64,000 bases of DNA from Octopus vulgaris (GCA_951406725.2 OX597824.1:57164001-57228000), one strand, 5' to 3'; counted from the stretch's first letter, positions 13,630 to 26,615 are shown. Program-made: numbers and translations. Notes: a model not told the origin generated them from the sequence alone.

Positions 13630-16590
13630 TCAGCGCCCCACCGAAGCCACGTTTACACCCTACCCTTTCTATGATGAATCACATGAGGCGGAAGTTGTCG
13701 TGTATGGACCTAGTCGGGATTGCGCAGGTTTGCGTCTCCCCTACCAAATCCTCGACGACGAGCGCCAACCTTTTCGCTAATACCTTGGCCAAAATATTAA
13801 ACTCTGTGTGAAGCAGATTATGGGCCTGAAGTTATCTAATGTGTCCCTCTTGTTTGCATCACCACGCCCCGACTCACAGAACTGGGAATATTCCCGTTCT
13901 ACTGACAGTTGCAGTAGAGCACTTCGAGGAGATCGGAGCATAAGTCTGGCATATTTACATAATGCTCATAGGGCAGACCATCTAAACCAGGTGACTTGCG
14001 TCTCGTGCAGCAAACAAGGGCATCCTGGATTTCAGCTGAAGTTATCTGCTTTTTATAGCGCTCAGCGTCGGCCGTCGAAAGACGCAGTAAGCCGTCGAGG
14101 TAGAGACTGAAGTCCGCTACCATCTCCGCACCGCCGCTCTCACCGAACAACCGAGCAAAGTGCTGGCGAAAAGCCACGCATATCTGCCTGGAATCGCTCA
14201 GCTCGTGTCCGTCTCGGTCAAGCAAAGACCGAATTGCGTTTTCCTTATCACGATGCGCCTCCGCCATGCGGGCCCTTTGAACAGATTTAGTCCCCTCGTT
14301 CCTTAGAGTATGCGATTTAGCTCTGACAATGCAACCTTCATGTTTTGCATTGAAGAACTGGTCTAATGCCACTCTTGCTGCTAGCACGTCGGTTTCAACG
14401 TCACTACAAATCGCCTCGTCTTGCTAAACCCTATCGATATTACTCTAATCTCTCTTTTGAGAGCCGTCCACCACCTGTTGCTGACGACTCCCCTTGTCAA
14501 CTTCTGCTTAACTAAATTGTTGATCCGGTCCCCGTTAGCCTTACGTGCAGGAAACGGCATGTTCAGCTTCCAGTACCTGGGTCCTAACTTACGCGTCTTA
14601 TCTGGGTCGACCGTACAGATTACAAACTTATGGCCTGAATAGGCGACCGTTAAAAAAAAATGGACATCCTACACTATTGCTATTTTCTTAGTGAAAATCC
14701 TTTCTACATACGATCTAGATGACCCTAAGCGGTTGGTCCAGGTCCAAACTAGCGCATTAAGGAAATCTCGTTGATACCTGTCAGACAGTTGGAATTGGCT
14801 GATCAGGTGCTAACGGTTTTTGAACTCCCCGCATCTATCAGCTACTCCCACACAATCCCAGTGTTGGTCTAATATTCCGTTCTAGTCCCCTACCAGCAGT
14901 AAAGGGCGAGATGTATCTAGAAAGGTTTCTAGACGCCTAAAGAAATCTGGCCGTTTGGCTTCGGTAGGGGCGTAGACGGCCACCAATCTAAAGACACTAC
15001 CTTCTCTTTTGTTCACGTCCAGGACCACCAACTTCTTGTCCGGGTCCCGGAAGATCGTCCTTACCTCGAGATCTAGTTATTTCCTAAACAGCACTGCCAC
15101 TCCACCTCCCATTCCCGGCCGACTAACAGATGCAAAGATCTGATAGTCAATTGAACACTGGGGCCAGTGCGCGTGTATTGGAAATCCTGGTCTCACTGAC
15201 AGCAATTATATCCAATTCTAGTCATCTTGCTTCCAGCGTGACTCCAGGCCTCGGACATTTAAAAATTCTACTCTTAATATGGTAATGTGAGCAAGCCAAA
15301 GAGAGAATAGAAAGGTTTACTTATCTCCCAGTGTCTTGTGAAGGTCCGGTAGTTCAACTTTCATAATTAGTGGGTTTTTTTTTGTGGTGGTGGTGGTGGT
15401 GGGAATCCCTTTAAATGCTTCGATGTCGGTCTCACGTTCGGGGTTCCTACGTAATCAGGAAAGCTCTCTCGAATTTTTGTGTACGAATGCTCTGTTTCAA
15501 ATTCAATATTTTGTGTTACGAGGGCCTTTTTTTGTTTCTTTCTGGACATTTTGGTTTTCCTTTATCTTCACCACCTGAAGATGAGGGATCTGTCGCTGTA
15601 AGTGTGTCTGTGTATATTTTTCTAATCTTGTTTATGTGTGTGTTTTTGTTTGGTGTGAGGGTTGGGAGAGTTATCCTTGTTTCACCCCTAGGGCAGTTTG
15701 GTGTTAATGCTGGTGGCTTTGCCGGTGCTGGTGTTGTTTGTGGTTCTCGTCCAGGCGCAGACAGCATTGGAGGCCTTTCACCTCTTGCACTTTTTACCAG
15801 TTGGGGGCTGCGAGCTCGCAAATGAGTCGTTTCTCCACACGCGAAACAATGCAACCTTCTGCCCTCAGTCATGATGTGATGTGATCCGGGATTTTTTAAT
15901 GTTTTCGGGTCTGGTCTGGAGAAGTATCTCCAGGTCAACTCCAGACCAGTCCTCCCTGGCAGCCCGTCACCTCTATCGGAACAGTATCCGTCCCCTCCAC
16001 GATTAAGCATCTCAGAAGCCACCAAATATCAAGTCTTAGGAATGCACGTTCTGTACGTTCCCCCATGTGGGAGGAGTACATAATGATTTTGTTGGTTTTG
16101 CAAGGGGTCATTGCGAGGAAACCGAAATAGTACTGTATTGTTTGCCACTCGCTATATACTCGATGTCCTCTCTGATGCATCTCAACGCCGCCTCAATATC
16201 TACTTGGGCTATTAAAGTCGCTCTTTTCGTCTCTGTTGAGAAGCATCTGAAAAGTATCGTTCTTTCTCCACTGCTTCAATTGCCTTAGATGGAATAGTTA
16301 GATTGGCCCAAGTTTTTTCTTGTTTAATCAGTTTCCAAGCCTGGGTCAACATCTCGTCTCTATTTGCTTCTTTTCGCTGCTGTTGTGAACGTTTTTTGTT
16401 GTTGGTAATGTTCCGGTTATTGTTCTTGTTGCTGTTGCTGTTACCGCTGCTGCCGTTGTTGTTATCGTCGTTATTGTCGCCGTTGTTCTTGTTGGTATGG
16501 CTTTTATTGTTACTGCTGTTGTCACTTTTGCTATCGTTGTTGCTATCGGTACTGCCGCAGCAATTGCTGTCTCTTTCGTTGTGGTTGTTG

Positions 16591-16671
<81 letters not shown>

Positions 16672-17000
16672 ATGCGGCTGTTGTCACTGTTGCTGCTTCC
16701 GCTATTGTCGCTGCTACCGCTGTTGCTGTTACTGCTACAGCTGCTGTTACTATGAGGTGAACTTTGTACTGTGACAGTTTCGTTTTCTCCTCCCCTTCAC
16801 CTGTATTGTTGCCAATAACGAAGGGAAATCTTCAGCAATCACCAGATTCACGGGGGTGGGTTGTTTTGTCTTTTTTCAACACTTTCAAGACGCGCTCCAC
16901 CATCTTGTTGAGTTGTATTTGTTTAAATTAAATTAAACCCCCACCGAACTTATTTGGTGGGTCGAATATAGCCCCTAGAAGGGCTAAACAATTGTAGAAA
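13630..17000 (-). mobile_element. Decayed Tx1/L1-clade LINE: ORF1 with zinc knuckle plus APE and the N-terminal part of RT
   Basis: ORF1 GRRLHCFACGETTHLRAR; APE motifs VEFLNVRGL, AVSETR, GVAVLF, VAVYAP; RT-proximal KSPGLDGLPYE and NFRPI. Many stops and frameshifts. Confidence 0.85.
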
Positions 17001-17159
17001 ACCAGTAACAGGTTCCTGGTGTTCCTATTGACAGCTTGGAATAAAATAAATGATGCAAATAAGCATCAAACTGGTGTAAATAAATGTTTTAAGCTGCACC
17101 AACCTGAAGCGTTTGAAGAAATGTCTTATGTATTCCGCAGTGAACAACAACAACAACAA

Positions 17160-17717
17160 TAATAAATGCCCTGATGCAGAACCAGGCAGTGGCTCTCATG
17201 ACTTCTCATCTTAACTGATTGGAAGTATTATCATGTACATTGTTTTGCCTTGGTATAAAAGATGGGCTACAGCAAATATTCTTCTCAATGCCACAGATTG
17301 CTTGTCAGTTGCTTGACCTTAACCAGTTGAGCATGTCCCTTAATGGCTGACGATATGTATATCTCTGATGCCGAGCAGAAGTAGTGGGGGAGAATCATAG
17401 ACATGTGTTGAAAGGAATTCTTTGGAGCTTGGATATTTCACCTCTGGAAACATAGGTGTTTTGTTCAACATCTTTAAACAACCTTTATTCAGGGATCTTT
17501 TGAGCGGGACGGGCTACACGACCTGAAGAGACTTCTAACTGGGCCCCACCTGCAAGGTGATGCGCTGTTATCTTGATATGAGATCACTATGTCGCGCACA
17601 TGTGGTTGTGATGCATGTGGCTGGTGTACCCTTATCAGACGGGTAGTCATGATGGGTATACTGGGCTTCGTATATACCACCCCAGTGTCACTTTGATGGC
17701 ATGCAGCGCTTTTCCAC

Positions 17718-17720
<3 letters not shown>
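17160..17720. mobile_element. Unclassified retroposon-like segment between (AAC/AAT)n tracts
   Basis: Non-simple ~560-bp sequence bounded by (CAA/TAA)n and (TAA)n; no recognisable motif. Confidence 0.35.
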
Positions 17721-17772
<52 letters not shown>

Positions 17773-17775
<3 letters not shown>

Positions 17776-17980
17776 TCATTTCTACTATAGGCACAAGTCC
17801 TGAAATTTGGGGAAGGGGACTAGTCGATTACATCGACACCAGTGGTACTTAATTTATCGACCCCGAAAGGATGAAAGACACAGTTGACCTTGGCGGAAGT
17901 GGAACTCAGAACATAGCGACAAGTGAAATACTGCTAAGCATTTCGCCCAGGGTGCTAACGATTCTAACGTCTCGCCGCCT
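17773..17980 (-). mobile_element. SINE family B, (ATT)n-tailed subtype
   Basis: ggtacttaatttatcgaccccgaaaggatgaaag; abuts (AAT)n. Confidence 0.85.
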
Positions 17981-18530
17981 CATCATCATGATGATCATCA
18001 TCGTCATCATCATGATCATCACAATCATGATGATGATGATCATCATCATCACCATCACCATCATCGTCGTCGTTGTCATCATCGTCATCATACTTATCAT
18101 CAACATATTCCTTCACACCAAAACCACCACAACAGCCACCACCACCACCACCACCATCATAACAAATCCTCTTCTTCCTTCCTCCTCGTTATCACAATTA
18201 CCATTACCATCATTATTATGAGGATCATCGTCATTTAGTATTCCACTGTTCTTTTATATCCACCCCTCGTCGTCCCCATCATCATTATTACCACCAGCAC
18301 CATCACCATCACCACCAGAACTACCACCACCACCACAAACACTATCATGATCATGATGATCTTCCTCCTCTCCATCATCATCATCATCATCATCATCATT
18401 ACCAAACAGAACAATATAAAGAACAGCAGCAAATACAATCTTATTAGCATGGACGATGATAGTGACGACGACAAAGACAACAATGAGAACAATGATGATG
18501 ATATTGATGATGTTTATTGTTATTGTTGAC
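17980..18530. repeat. Cryptic (CAT)/(CAC)/(GAT) trinucleotide low-complexity field
   Basis: Directly visible. Confidence 0.85.
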
Positions 18531-18813
18531 GCCATTGCTGCGTGTGTTGTTTTCTTACAGAGCGTCTGTTTAGTCTATGGGCATTGTTCTGTTTACCTTA
18601 CTGTTAAAACTGATGTTTTCAAAACGAACATGGCGGCTTAGCTGTCTGCATTCAGTCGTTCTCATTAGAACGTGAGGAGAAAGAATAATTATCTCGACAA
18701 ATGCACACGCCCGCATGCGCATAGATACATGTGTAAATACAAATAAACATATTTAGAAGGAAACAAACATAACACACGCGCACACATATTTATATGTATG
18801 CATGTATATATGT

Positions 18814-18879
<66 letters not shown>

Positions 18880-18907
18880 TATATATATATATTTATGTAT
18901 ATATATG

Positions 18908-18971
<64 letters not shown>

Positions 18972-19119
18972 GTATGTATATATACATATATATAATATGT
19001 GTGCGCAAGTGTAGAAGTGTCTATACATGCATGCGTATACGTATATACAAATGTTTAAGTATCTATCACTTCCATTATCGTTACCATCGTCTAGGATTAT
19101 TGTCGTCAATGCAATAATA

Positions 19120-19332
19120 ATCCTTTCTATTATAGGCACAGAGCCTGAAATTCGGGGAAGGGGACTAGTCGATTATATCGACCCTAGTGTTTCACTGGTA
19201 CTTAATTTATAGACCCCGAAAGGATGAAAGGCAAAGTCGACCTCAGCGGAATTTGAACCCAGAACTTAGCGGCAGGCGAAATACCCTAAGCATTTCGCCC
19301 GGCGTGCTAACGATTCGGCCTGCACGCCGCCT
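19120..19332 (-). mobile_element. SINE family B
   Basis: accccgaaaggatgaaaggcaaagtcgacctcagcggaatttgaacccag. Confidence 0.85.
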
Positions 19333-19342
19333 TCACCAACGC

Positions 19343-19396
<54 letters not shown>

Positions 19397-19397
<1 letters not shown>

Positions 19398-19593
19398 TAC
19401 ATAACAAAAACACCAGGACTTACAAACACATATAACATACAGAAAATTGCACTACTAGGCACTGCACACATCCTACGCAGAACACTTTCCATACAATAAC
19501 CATCAGAGCATCACAACAAATCACAGCACATACCCAAGGCACACAGAGCTGCGCTCGGTAGTGAAGTGAAAGCACGCTATAAAAATAAAATTA

Positions 19594-19600
<7 letters not shown>
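19397..19600 (+). mobile_element. Dong/R4-like LINE, 3' end
   Basis: Translates ITKTPGLTNTYNIQKIALLGTAHILRRTLSIQ*, homologous to IQKIVLMGTAHILRKILSM* at 45127; (AAT)n on both sides. Confidence 0.85.
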
Positions 19601-19648
<48 letters not shown>

Positions 19649-19657
19649 GTAATAATG

Positions 19658-19735
<78 letters not shown>

Positions 19736-19747
19736 TCAATGATAATA

Positions 19748-19866
19748 ATCATTTCTACTATAGGCACAAGGCCTGGAATTTTGTGGAAGGAGCTAGTCGA
19801 TTACATCGACTCTAGTGTCCAATTGGTTCTTATTTTATCGACCCCAAAATGATGTAAGGCAAAGTC
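19748..19866 (-). mobile_element. SINE family B, 3' fragment
   Basis: Same tail as 17773 (atcatttctactataggcacaag). Confidence 0.8.
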
Positions 19867-20489
19867 TTATATCCTTACAACACCAATATTTTCCCAACAA
19901 CAGGAAACAATGATGGTACAGCTGGTTTTTGTTTAAGTTTAGTTATTGTTGGAATGGCTGTGCTCTGACACTTTTGTACAGATCCTCCTAAAGTGGTGGA
20001 AACGTTTTCAGTAGAGAGGGCGTCGCTAGAGCCGGCTATATGTCACGTGATGGTGTGAAACAGGAGCTATAATAAATCCTGTATAGTGAGTTCAAATCTT
20101 ACCATTACTTCCATGGGTGGTAGACTCTATCCCGCTCACCTGGCACTTTGGTTGGCTTTAGCAGAGTCCACATTGTGAGCGTTGACTAAACGTTAAAAAA
20201 TCGTTTTTCTCTACCGAAATACATCCCACCATCCTCACAACCAATACAACCTCAACCACCACAACTACCACCACAACAACCATCACTATCATAATAGAAG
20301 CCAAAACGACTACGATCGTCACAATCACCATCACCATTACCATCCCAACCACTGCCATCACTCCAACGGTATCATCATCACCGCCATCATCACCACCACT
20401 AACTACACCACTGTCCGTCACCACCACATCAATTACAAGCATCCTCTACATCATCATCATCGCAATCTACTACATTCCAGCACAATCTT

Positions 20490-20660
20490 TATTTCTTGTT
20501 ACCTTTTGTGTCTGTCATTGAACTGCGGCTGTGCTGGGGTACCACCTTGAAGAACTTGAGGCAAACGAATCGACCGCCGTATTAATATTTTAAGCCTAGC
20601 ACTTATTCTCCCCATATCTTATACAGAATCGCCGAGTTAAAAGATGGCAAACAAACTAAA
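20490..20660 (-). mobile_element. SINE family A, degraded 3' fragment
   Basis: actgcggctgtgctggggtaccacc ... aagcctagcacttattct. Confidence 0.6.
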
Positions 20661-21064
20661 TAAGGTTTTCAAGAAATAGGTTGAAAAAAGACTAACACTA
20701 TGCTGACCCAACCATATTTGGAAACTGAAGTAGCTTAATTCGATTTAGAGTATCAAATAGAAAACCATCGGAATATACAGACCATATACCAACGGGGCCG
20801 AAAAATGTCAGGATTTGACAGCAGAGAAAACACACATTGGGTCAATTAAATATAAAAAAAAACTACTGCTAATACAAGATCTGATATTCTTTAAATGGTT
20901 CCTCCCTTCGACAACTCCCTGCAACTTCAGTGGAAAATATCATCAAGACCAGGTTAGCATTTAACCACAATATACTCAGATAATACACATCTCATAATCG
21001 ATAATATAAACACTCAATTACATATGTCAGAGAGTATATATTTCTAATGAAATTCTCTCTCTCG

Positions 21065-21445
<381 letters not shown>

Positions 21446-21466
21446 CGTGTGTGTGTGTGTGTGTGT

Positions 21467-21761
21467 GGAGGCCGCAATGACCCAGTAGTTAGGGCAGCGG
21501 ACTCGCAGTCGTAGGATCGCGGTTTCGATTACCAGATCAGGCCTTGTGAGTGTTTATTGAGGAAAAACACCTAAAGCTCTACGAGGCTCCGGCAAGGGGT
21601 GGTGGCGATCCCTGCTGTACTCTTTCGCCACAACTTTCTTCTGTTGGCTTGCTCGCTTAGCCAGCGGGGTGGCGCCATTTGAAGGTTAAAACAATGCGAA
21701 GCGCATTGTGACCAGCGATGTGTAGCAACATCTGATAGCCTGGTCGGTCACGGTGATCACG

Positions 21762-21766
<5 letters not shown>
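21467..21766 (+). mobile_element. tRNA-derived SINE family C with RTE-like tail
   Basis: tRNA-like head (gcaatgacccagtagttagggcagcggactcgc ... ggtttcgatt); ends ggtcacggtgatcacggtgat. Confidence 0.85.
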
Positions 21767-21799
<33 letters not shown>

Positions 21800-21876
21800 T
21801 AAAAACGGTAAGAAAACAAAAGAAAGAAAGAGATCTCGAATTTATCTGTAAATGTAATATGTTACAATTATTCGGT

Positions 21877-21948
21877 AGCCAAGATAAAACTCTGAGTTTC
21901 GGATGCCGACGTAGAAATCCACGCCACCATCTCTTCAGTTATCCGGCC
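21877..21948 (-). ncRNA. Type I hammerhead ribozyme candidate
   Basis: GGCC-GGAUAA CUGAAGA GAUG..GGCGUGGA-uu-UCUACGUC..CAUC C GAAA CUC-a-GAG UU | UUAUCU-U-GGCU; all three stems pair. Confidence 0.7.
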
Positions 21949-22084
21949 ATCGGAAAAACGGTATGAAAAATGACCGTTATACAAAGGGAAATTACTGTGT
22001 TATTGATCGCTATTTAGACAAAAGAGATATTCGAATGACCGCTAATATATGTATAATGGTCATTTTCAATAGCGGTTTTCCGAT

Positions 22085-22156
22085 GGCCGGATAACTGAAG
22101 AGATGGTGGCGTGGATTTCCACCTCGGCATCCGGAACTCAGAGTTTTATCTTGGCT
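22085..22156 (+). ncRNA. Inverted second copy of the hammerhead, with core GAAA mutated to GGAA
   Basis: ggccggataactgaagagatg...catccggaactcagagttttatcttggct. Confidence 0.55.
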
Positions 22157-22187
22157 ACCGAATAAATGTCACATATTACATTTACAG

Positions 22188-22255
<68 letters not shown>

Positions 22256-22512
22256 TAAGGGTAGAAATTGATATTAATCCATTAAAACCAATGGCCTAGC
22301 ATATTTTTAAAAATCCGAACATTAAAAATTTTTTTGCATATAAAATTTAGAGGACTGACTACTGAAAGTAGACAGCCAGTATGCTAGATATAGACGTCAA
22401 AATCGCCATTTTCCACGAAGAATGTGTTCTCAAGAAAAACTTCAGCAAAAAACCAAAGTGCAAAAATAAGCAAGACAAATGAAAATATACGAATTATAAA
22501 ACGATTACCTTT

Positions 22513-22584
22513 GTACTAATTCGTTTCACTTGTTAATATTTACGTATATGGATACGCAAACATCTGCAATATCATCAGCATAGC
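22513..22584 (-). ncRNA. Degenerate hammerhead-like core with long stem II
   Basis: CUGAUGA ... UUUGCGUAU-ccau-AUACGUAAA ... GAAAC inside the TA-adjacent element at 22250-22645. Confidence 0.35.
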
Positions 22585-22895
22585 CTCGTCGTTTACAAAA
22601 CACAATTTCTAGAACTAGATACAGAACGCTCGACCGAAATCCAGTGTGTATAAAGTTCTACAAATTACATTTATGTATCTTTCTGACAAGTGTCATCTAT
22701 CTAGGGCAACCACACACAGGCACACACATGCATACACACAGACACACTCACATACACACGCACACACATTGAATGTGTGTGTGAGAGAGAGAGAGCACGC
22801 GGGAGAGCGTATGTGCACGCGCGCGCGTGCGTTTTTGAGGTGTGCGTGTTCTGCGTTACATGTACGTATGTGTATGTTGCATGTGTGTGTATTTA

Positions 22896-22960
<65 letters not shown>

Positions 22961-23035
22961 TTGTGCGTGTGTGTATATATATATGTGTGTGTTTGTTTGT
23001 GTGTGTGTGTGTGTATGTGTGTGTGTTGGTGTGTC

Positions 23036-23235
23036 TGTGTTTGTCCCCAACATCGCTTGACAGCCAATAATGGTGTGTTGACGTCCCCGTAACTTAGCGG
23101 TTCGGCAAAAGATAAAAGAATGATAGAATAAGTACTAGGCTTACAAAGAATAAGTCCCGGGGGTCAATTTGCTCGACTAAAGGCAGTGCTCCAGCATGGC
23201 CGCAGTCAAATGACTGAAATAAGTAAAAGAATAAA
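23036..23235 (+). mobile_element. SINE family A, 3' half
   Basis: ccccgtaacttagcggttcggcaaaaga ... gctccagcatggccgcagtcaaatgactgaaa. Confidence 0.85.
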
Positions 23236-23316
<81 letters not shown>

Positions 23317-23699
23317 ATAGTACATATATATGCATATACACACACTCACGCACGCACACACACACACACACACATACATATATAAACAGTAAAGCCAATC
23401 GCTACATCAAATTGGCTGATGAACGTTACTACTAGTTTAACCCCATGCACATTCTCCGCCAGCTGGCTATCGGTGTAACACTCTGCACCCTTTATATACA
23501 ATACATCGAAGCGAACACCTACTACTCTCTATCAGCTTGCAGGATCGCGAGACTGGCTCAGTTTCGAGCTGCATTTTGTACATTTTTATGTCCCTTGTTT
23601 GGTTGATGTCAAACGACCAGAGGTGTTGAAGTTAAAGTTGCTCCACATGTCGCTCTCTTTGTCTATGATGTCACTGTCTGAGTTGTGAGAGTAATTTAA

Positions 23700-24407
23700 T
23701 TTTATCAATCCTGGATAGGTGCTTCCCATTTGCCAGGACGCCTATTGCTTCGTCCGCGTTTATATTAATGATGATGCACTCTGTCTTCGATTCTCGCATG
23801 ACCCGATCCAAGTAGTTGTGTGCCTCTGTGAGACACATATTCCCTTCCTGTCCCAGGTAGACATATTCCTTTATCTCCTCTATTTCATCACTGCCGACAA
23901 CCAGAAGAAGGGATGTGCTCAAGGGAAGGTTGGACAGGATCACCCGCACTAACCTCATCAATAGCACAGTTCTACCTGCAATGTTGTATGGTAGTGAAAC
24001 ATGGGCTACAACAAAGAGAGAAGAGCAGAGATTGTTAACAATTCAAAGAGCCATGGAGAGGTCAATGCTTGGAATCTCGTTGAGAGAGCACATCAGTAGC
24101 GAGGTCATCAGAGAGAAGTCCGGCGTGAGGAATGTCATCGTAGAATATACACGCAGCAAGTTTAGATGGACTGGGCACGTCACCCAGTTCACCGATAATC
24201 GGTGGACCTGCGCAGTTGTCGAGTGGTACCCGCGCGAGCGGAAGTGACCAATCGGAAGGCCTTCACAACAGTAGAGTTACGATTTTAGGAGGGCGATTGG
24301 GATCACGTGGATGAGGAAGGCGGAACCCAGAGAGGAGTGGACAGCGTGCTGTGACCAGCGGTGTCAAATGGACGCCCGATAGAATGATCGGTCAAGGTGA
24401 TCAAGGT
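23700..24407 (+). mobile_element. RTE-clade LINE 3' part with an inverted 5' segment
   Basis: Plus strand: VLPAMLYGSETW...QRAMERSMLGISL...KFRWTGHV, tail ggtcaaggtgatcaaggt. Minus strand near 23835-23905: IEEIKEYVYLGQE. Confidence 0.85.
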
Positions 24408-24469
24408 TTTGAGTTTTCTACTGCCATTTGGAAGCTTCTTATTGTACTTCTATGTGAATAATATATAGT

Positions 24470-25956
24470 CTCTAGGAATAGAAGCGATCACTTTCTGGCT
24501 AAACAACTACTCCTTTGAATTTCCAACTCGCATAAATAAAGAACTCATAATAGAAGGATTGAGATTTATCTTAGAAAACAATTACTTTATATTTAATAAT
24601 GACTACTACAGACAAAGATCAGGAACAGTCATGGGTACACGTACTGCGCCTTCTCTTGCCAACCTAGTAATGGGCTACCTCGAAATAATACTTTACCAGA
24701 AAACACTTGAGAAATATGGAAACTCTTTCTCCACCTATATCCAGAACAACTGGAAAAAATATCTCGACGACTGCGTCAGCCTCTGGGATGAAAGTATAGA
24801 AAAACTTGAGGAATTTAAAACACTACAAATGGAATTAATGAAAACATCTAATTCACGATAGAACATACCCAGGAAAAACTACCATTTCTAGATATCCTCA
24901 TTTAAGAAAGTCGGCAACAAAATAGAGACGGATATCTATTATAAACCGACAGACTCAAAGCAGTACTTACTATTTGACTCATGCCAGCCAAGACACACAA
25001 GAATGAATATCCCTTTCTGTTGAACCAAAAGGATTTGCACCATAATATCAGACACAAACACCCGACACACACGTCTCCAGGAACTCAGAACTACTCTCAT
25101 AAATAGGAATTATCCACAACCCCAAATAGACAATACAATCCAACGAGCAGTTAAATTAAATACAGAAGACCTGAGACAACCAAAACCAAAAAAAAAAAAA
25201 GAAGAAAAATTAAAAACCCTTCTCTACATCTCTACACACAACCCACTTAACAATGAGGCCTTCAACTCCATATTCCAAAGCACAGCCCTACCCAAGGGAG
25301 ACCGAATTCTCCAAACGTACACCAACGAAAAAAGTAAACGGCAACCAAAATCCTTAAAGAAGATTTTAACCCAGGCTAAACTGCACCCAATAACAACTAC
25401 AAAATCAACAGTTGAAAAGTGTGGAAAGCCCAACTGCGGCATCTGTGTCATCTTATTAGAAGGTTCGGAATACACATTAGAACAAGGTCGTCATTTTACC
25501 ATCAGAACAAACTTCACCTGTGTATCGGAAAACTTAATTTACAGGATAACATGCGCAGGGTGCAATAGGTAATATATTGGCCATATAAAAAGCGATCTAC
25601 GAAAAAGGATGGCAGTACATAAATCCCAAATTAGGAATCTTGAATACAGAAAAATACCTGTCAGTGGCCACATAGACAGATGTGCATCGAATAAAAACCC
25701 AAACTTTACAACTTTCCCACTTTACCAATTCAATAACAACGCCACCTTTACTCAACGTCATAACAAAGAACTTCATTTCATTAGAAAATTCGGACCAAGT
25801 TTAAACACCCTGGGTCAGGAACATTAAAACCATATATTGGTTATCCAAAAAGAAAAAAAGAATTCTACAATTCCAACCACCATTACCACCACGATCACTA
25901 CTACTACTGCAAACAACGGTCTCTGCTACTGCTGCTATTACAGCAAACGGTCACTT

Positions 25957-26044
<88 letters not shown>

Positions 26045-26091
26045 AGCCCAAAAACTGCTGCTACAACTCCAACCACCACTACCACCACGGT

Positions 26092-26124
<33 letters not shown>

Positions 26125-26171
26125 AGCCCAAAAACTGCTGCTACAACTCCAACCACCACTACCACCACGGT

Positions 26172-26207
<36 letters not shown>

Positions 26208-26254
26208 AGCCCAAAAACTGCTGCTACAACTCCAACCACCACTACCACCACGGT

Positions 26255-26321
<67 letters not shown>

Positions 26322-26324
26322 ACA

Positions 26325-26362
<38 letters not shown>

Positions 26363-26615
26363 GACGACGACGACGACGACCAACGGTCTCTACTACTACT
26401 GCTATTACAGCTAACGATCAATTTCACTACTCTACCACGTCGACTCTGTTGAAACTAGTAAGGGTAAGAAATAATTATGAACTTCTCTTTTATTACACTT
26501 AACTTTTAAAAATATGTATTTGTAATAGGGTTCGTTTTTCCAAGAAGAACCGAAACATGTAAAATCTCTCAGAAAATTAAAATTTATCTTATATAGTTAC
26601 GTTTTCACCGTTATA
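24470..26615 (+). mobile_element. Penelope-like element (RT plus GIY-YIG), pseudogenised, with 3' pLTR
   Basis: YRQRSGTVMGTRTAPSLANLVMGYLE, WKKYLDD, LPFLD, TDIYYKPTD, NLIYRITCAGC..YIG, KELHFIRKFGPSLN; frameshifts and stops. Confidence 0.9.
25940..26400. repeat. (CTA)n-based minisatellite, three ~80-bp units
   Basis: ctacagcccaaaaactgctgctacaactccaaccaccactaccaccacggtca occurs three times, separated by (CTA)n. Confidence 0.9.

Larger units (their letters stand above)
21797..22190. mobile_element. TA-embedded foldback element, arms 21846-21983 / 22050-22187
   Basis: About 138-bp inverted arms with a 66-nt spacer; the left end is shared with the fragment at 30931-30998. Confidence 0.8.

Noticed and set aside
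18626-18640. YY1-like ATGGCGG motifs (also ~3815 and ~51985) and a CTCF-like TAGGTGGCGC at ~44210
   Set aside because: Short isolated motifs with no linked gene evidence.
21467-21545. tRNA-like sequence (also at the heads of other SINEs)
   Set aside because: It continues into a SINE body and tail and lacks an intact cloverleaf.
26040-26270. Repeat-spacer pattern resembling CRISPR
   Set aside because: The spacers are (CTA)n, the context is eukaryotic and there are no cas genes.
25837-26502. 221-aa ORF
   Set aside because: Low-complexity translation of the (CTA)n minisatellite.
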